Virus record (IMG/VR): IMGVR_UViG_3300031587_000158
Origin: an uncultured virus (IMG/VR IMGVR_UViG_3300031587_000158)
Taxonomy: Duplodnaviria; Heunggongvirae; Uroviricota; Caudoviricetes
Reading direction: 5' to 3' (one strand)
DNA length: 64,000 bases
How positions within the stretch are numbered: position 1 is the stretch's first letter; each line of letters opens with the position of its first letter. The position numbers and the translations under genes are program-made. The notes under the pieces were generated by a model. The model searched no databases. It saw nothing but the letters and a program-made list of their open reading frames with translations, and was not told where the DNA came from. Shown here one piece after another: positions 59,122 through 64,000 of this stretch.

Positions 59122-59487
59122 ACCACCTGGCGATTGGAGATCGAATGTGGTAATTTCATTGAGATTCGTTTAACTCAGCTCTTGGTTCCCACATAGGATT
59201 CCCTAACTAGTGACAAACGCTGGTCTTCTGAAGCAAAGACAAAGAAGCTGGGTTATTCAGAACCCTTCTATAAGTCCTATCTAAGGGGTTAGGGCTACCG
59301 TGGATAGAATCAGGAGCGGTTTTAAGATGTTGTTTAATATTTATTGTGCTGACGAGGACTGTGACAGCAGAAATAGACCGATACCTTTAGCAATACCTGC
59401 GGATAGACTTCTTCTTATTGGAAGTACTTACCACTGTCCATATTGTAGAGGAACGAAATTTATCCTGGTTAAAAGGACAGGGTAACA

Positions 59488-60009
59488 ATGGCACGTAAGA
59501 CAAAAGAGAACCGATTAGTCGTTGCAGATGCAGGATGGGCTGAATCAATACCCGAATGGATACTTGAAGAGATAAAATTTGAACGATTAGCTTATGGACT
59601 TTTGGGATTGGCTGTCCAAAATGCTCCAAAAGTTGGTGATGCTGAGGTTTGGGCGTATCTTTATACGGCATCGCTTCACTCAATGATGTCCGAGGTATAT
59701 TGTGAGGTGTATTTTTATCTCTCAGCAAAATTAATGAATAGACGAGGCTGTAAATTACATGGATTCTTAGAAGAGAAACTCCAAAAGGGTCTTAATCAGT
59801 ATGAAGAGCGCACACTCGAAGAACTACGATGTATGATTTACAATTCGCGTGGTGGTGAGATCTCTCATCCCATACTCAATGCTATGCGAGAGCTGAAGAA
59901 TGAAATTATGGGAGGTTATCCCGAAAAGCCGAAAGCAACAGCTCCTAAAGAGAGTGAACGTAGAGTAGGTAAAAAAGAGAAAGAAGAGATTATAGTCTTG
60001 GATTTATAG
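59488..60009 (+). CDS. Hypothetical protein
   Basis: 173-aa ORF with GWAESIPEW and DAEVWAYLYTASL. Confidence 0.7.
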   Translation: MARKTKENRLVVADAGWAESIPEWILEEIKFERLAYGLLGLAVQNAPKVGDAEVWAYLYTASLHSMMSEVYCEVYFYLSAKLMNRRGCKLHGFLEEKLQKGLNQYEERTLEELRCMIYNSRGGEISHPILNAMRELKNEIMGGYPEKPKATAPKESERRVGKKEKEEIIVLDL

Positions 60010-60175
60010 GTGGTGCATAGGAATTATGAAAGGTAAAAGTGATATTGGAGAGAAGATCTGTGAATGTGGAAGACGAAAGAGAACCTTTATGCATAATTGC
60101 CCGAAGTCAACTAATTACCCGGAGATTTTTGGATGTCCTGTTTGCGATGATAAATGTGATGCGTGTATTTGAGAA

Positions 60176-61441
60176 ATGAAAAAAGGAAGACTCTATACTG
60201 ATGGGGAGTGGGAGTTGTATCAGCAGAAGATTAAACATCCATTCCATGATACCGAAGAGACTTTTGAGGTCTACGAGTGTCCCAATCCCGATTGTGGGGG
60301 GCACTTCTTAGTAGAGAGTGAAGCAATTGAATCCGTAGAAAGGATATGGTGTCCATACTGCAAATTTGAGTTCACCGAAGCAAAAGGAGGCGAAATTGCC
60401 CGGCAAGCTGAGACATGGTTTTCCAAAGTTACCAAAGCTCTGAAAATATTGCGATATAGCAGAAGAGAGAAGAATGGAAATGAATGAGAAGCTGGTTGAT
60501 GCGCTTATAAAAAAGCTCGAAATACGAAAGCAGCAGTTGGAAAGTCAAGCGCAGGAAAAACGGGGAGGATATAGGATACACGAAGGACACCACATGCGCG
60601 ATACTTTAACAGTCCTCGCAGTACTCAAAGATGAACCTAACGCTGAACAATTAGTAAAAAATATGCCAACAGAGGAGGATTTATAATGGAAAAGGAACGA
60701 GAAGAGGGTAGAACGAAATATTTATTCGAAGGTTCGATTGAAAAGATTAAAGCGGAGGATAGTGGTCTGGCCAATATGGTTGACTTTGAAGGTAGTAATC
60801 AGCGCCTATTTGTTGTACTGCATAGCTGGGATGAAGAGCGATTACACCCCGAAATGAAAGCTATGATCGGCAAAAAGGTGAGAATTACAGTCGAAGTTCT
60901 GTAAATCTCTCCGCAGAGAAATTATTAGAAAAATGCTACGGGAGGACGAATAAATAATGATAGAGATGCGACATGCAGTAGATATAACACCAGACGGGTT
61001 GTATCACGTGACAAATATGGTGATGGGGATGCGAGGTCAGCACCATGTTCACACAAAAGAGGGTTATGAACGCTGGAAGTCACATAACAAAATACCCGAC
61101 GAAAAGATAGTTATTGATGAAGGGAACTGTAACTGTGGCATGAAACCTGGAGATGTTGAGGAATACGATGGTCACAAGTGGCATAGTGAGAGATTTGAAA
61201 AAAAAATTACAAGAAGAGGTGATATAAAATGGAAAAAGAGAAACGGGAATTAAAGCTATACGTTTTTGAAGACTACTGCCCTGATTATACCGGTGGACTT
61301 GCTTTTGCTATAGCTACGGGAGAAAAGGACGCAAAACGGTTGATAGAGAATAAGCGAGGATTACGAGTCTACGATTGGGGATCAATGAGTGTTTATCCAC
61401 TGACTAAAAAAGTCGCTTTTCAAGTATCTGGTGGTTCATAG
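60176..61441 (+). other. Run of small ORFs (60176 Zn-ribbon, 60474, 60686, 60957, 61229)
   Basis: Co-oriented overlapping ORFs; CPNPDC/CPYC in the first. Confidence 0.65.
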
Positions 61442-61486
61442 CTATAAGATAGACTTGAAAAATAATCAAAAAGAGGCGAGAAGAAG

Positions 61487-61942
61487 ATGGGATATACGCA
61501 CTACTGGCATAGGAAAGCGGATTTGAGTGTGGGATGGGATGATTTTTTAAGTGACTTCAAAAAGGTATTCAAAAATCTCCCGAAGGATCTGAAGATTGCA
61601 GGAGAATTCGGAGAGGGTGAGCCGGTATTCAATAATAATAGAGTATCGTTTAATGGAGAGGGTGAGCTATCTCACGAGTCTTTCTCTCTCCCAAGAATAT
61701 ATACGATAGATGAAAAGAGATATTCTAATCCTGATCCTGATGGATTTCACTTTTCATTCTGCAAGACCGCAATGATGCCTTATGACTTGTTAGTAATGGC
61801 GACTTTAATTCTTGCAAAGATACACTTTTGTGAAAATATAAAAGTATCGAGTGATGGAACTTGGCGAGACTGGCGAGACGCTAGAACGTTAATTGCGAAT
61901 ACACTTGGTTACAAAGATATAAAGAACTTCTTGAAGAGATAA
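61487..61942 (+). CDS. Conserved phage-type hypothetical protein
   Basis: MGYTHYW...FNG...HESF...FCKTA..PYD...SSDG pattern. Confidence 0.75.
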   Translation: MGYTHYWHRKADLSVGWDDFLSDFKKVFKNLPKDLKIAGEFGEGEPVFNNNRVSFNGEGELSHESFSLPRIYTIDEKRYSNPDPDGFHFSFCKTAMMPYDLLVMATLILAKIHFCENIKVSSDGTWRDWRDARTLIANTLGYKDIKNFLKR

Positions 61943-61960
61943 AAACGTTTCTTTTGATAA

Positions 61961-63391
61961 ATGAACACGATAGCAGATGATTTTAAACAATTGGACAAAA
62001 TAGATTTAGTATTTGAGGATTTAAGTGACGATCTTGTATTTCATAGTTCAGAAGGGAAGATAATAACTTGGAAGGAGCTGAGGGCTTTGATAGCCGAGAA
62101 TTTAATAAAAGCTTTGCCCGTTTTTGTGAAGGCTGGAATTAAACGGGTAGAGGTAGGTACTATTCAATGGTTTTACGACCGCAAAAAGACAAGAGGGTAC
62201 TTCATTTCCTTGAATACTATGTTCATGGCGCGGTTGTTGAAGAGGTAACTATGTTGGAAAACTCAATAGCAGAAGATTTTAAACAACTGTACGGTGAAAA
62301 GGCATTAATAGAATTACTGAAGCGGTCAGGGAAACATTCAAAAAGAGTAGGATCACTTGCCGTAGGAGCACCCATTACTTTAACTGATGACCATGTTTTA
62401 GTGTTTGCACTACTTGAGATACTCGATTATAAATGTTGTGAAGAAATGTGCTATACAACGCTTACTGCAGAGGAGATAAAAGCATTTTTGGTAAAGCATA
62501 AAGCGAGAGTTCTTGAGATGCTGACTAAACAAGAGATAGAACCACCCTCATATTTAGGTTTATTATTTGGAGTGTATGATTTTTTATCGGGATAGAAAAA
62601 GAGAGAAGGAGAGTAGAGTCTCTTTGGAGGTAGAACTAAATGAAAATTGATTGGGGGAAAGTTAAATGTTTTTTCGGGTTCCACGATGGGAAGTTAATCA
62701 GTCGTGCAAAGTGCAAAGCGTTGCTGGGAAGTATTATAGGTGATTCATCCTACAAAGTCGATGCTGTTGCAGAAATTCGAAAATGCTCTCGTTGTTCTAA
62801 GTTTTTGGGCGTAGTTACAGATGGGATACATGAGACAACGATAGATCCTGATATTCTTGTTTCCCTTTCTAATGGTATTCTGCACTTATAGTTAGTACCC
62901 TAAACTTGTATCACCGGAGGTAAGTGAGTAAAATGAAAAATAAGATAGCGGTATATCTATACTTGTGGGATGAGGTGCACTCGAATTCGGACTTACAACA
63001 GAGAACGAAAGAAACAATAATGTCTTCGTTGAATGAGGAAGGACAAAAAGCATTAGAACCGATTTTGGATACCATACTTAAAGGACGATTACTAACAATA
63101 GCAAATTTTTCAATGACACTCGACGAATATATTAAAAATGTAAAGAGTATAGCATTTCAGATATATGGTGGAAAGGACATTGACGATGCTATAAAATGGG
63201 TCAGAAATGATATAAAAAATGGATTATATCGTTGCACTCCTACTAAGCAGTTAGTATATATCAAGAATAAAGAATATTCACCGGGTGAACCCGCTACTCT
63301 TGAATTAATCGAGCAATTAAAGGCTGTAATGAGCAGCAATACAGTAATTGTTCATCCGCTACTGGTCGAACTTGCAGAAGAAAAGTTGTAG
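61961..63391 (+). other. Run of small hypothetical ORFs (61961, 62251, 62640, 62924)
   Basis: Co-oriented ORFs; the first two share N.IA.DFKQL N-termini. Confidence 0.65.
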
Positions 63392-63454
63392 TGTTGAAGA
63401 GATAGAAAAACTATTAGGGATAAGTGTTTGAACACCATCCCACAATAGATTAAC

Positions 63455-63865
63455 ATGACACGACTAGTTCTAAGTGATACCGTGCGAGATATGATTATCA
63501 AACTGGCTGAGGATAATCCGGGAGCGATTAGAGTATGCTCAGAGATTTTTGAAGCAGGAGAGAAGATTGATAGAGACAGTTTTCATGGTGGATTTAGCAC
63601 ACTACTTAATCTCGATAGTCTTGAGATTTATGGAGCTAACATCTGGCTGTTGTACAAAGATGTCTGTAATGAAGATATAACGCTAACAATAGCGGTACTT
63701 CGAGCATGGCAATTAGGTTTGGTAAGTAAAGATAAATTAAAACATGCCGTAGAGCACTATGGAGAGGGCATTGACGTTCAAGGACTATATGAAAAGGTAA
63801 AAGAGAGACTATCTAAGTTCAAACCAAAGCCAAAAGTAATTTTTATTAAGGAGGACGAAGAGTAA
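63455..63865 (+). CDS. Conserved phage-type hypothetical protein
   Basis: LAEDNPGA..V...LDSLEIYG..IW.LYKDVC pattern. Confidence 0.75.
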   Translation: MTRLVLSDTVRDMIIKLAEDNPGAIRVCSEIFEAGEKIDRDSFHGGFSTLLNLDSLEIYGANIWLLYKDVCNEDITLTIAVLRAWQLGLVSKDKLKHAVEHYGEGIDVQGLYEKVKERLSKFKPKPKVIFIKEDEE

Positions 63866-64000
63866 AAATGGAATGGAACAAAGCGGTAGATAAATTAATA
63901 GAGATCTGTAAAGAAGCTACTATCCAACTACGAAAAGGGGATATTGTTGAGAAACGAACAAGTGGCAACATAGAAGTAACAGAGATATATATGATGCCCC

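Larger units (their letters stand above)
1..64000. mobile_element. Archaeal virus/provirus-like genome segment, probably a tailless icosahedral virus
   Basis: No cellular housekeeping operons. MCM, tyrosine recombinase, DNA MTase, structural-looking modules, glycosylation island and dense small-ORF arrays with archaeal RBS motifs. Ends of the element are not visible. Confidence 0.85.

Noticed and set aside
1..64000. Genome-wide TAG reassignment
   Set aside because: Many genes end at TAG immediately before the next start (e.g. 43300, 43891, 45561) and long genes are uninterrupted; only one suspicious amber was seen.

Overview
The window is best read as part of a large archaeal virus genome or virus-like element. 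The archaeal assignment rests on GGTGA/GGAGG ribosome-binding sites, TATA/BRE-like promoters and an MCM helicase; an ANME-1/Methanosarcinia-type cohesin-dockerin protein hints at the host. In order it contains: the MCM C-terminus; a DNA amino-methyltransferase with seven tandem catalytic-motif repeats; a minus-strand adhesin/spike cluster with two 7x41-aa beta-propellers; a ~13.5 kb divergent glycosylation island; an 89-aa basic nucleocapsid-like protein; a block of beta-rich putative jelly-roll capsid proteins facing a subtilisin protease; a GHKL-ATPase/zincin fusion; a second structural cluster; a tyrosine recombinase; an AT-rich palindrome; a ~580-nt structured non-coding stretch with tRNA-like minihelices; and a dense array of small early-type genes. 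No HK97 capsid, terminase, portal or packaging ATPase was recognised. The most striking unexplained signal is a shared N-terminal peptide (consensus M-A-[KE]-E-I-[IV]-D-E-[VA]-F-[RK]-K-K) on about 18 mostly unrelated proteins, most of them flanking the capsid/protease module. I propose it is a virion cargo-targeting tag. All family calls come from motif recognition by eye; no searches were run.
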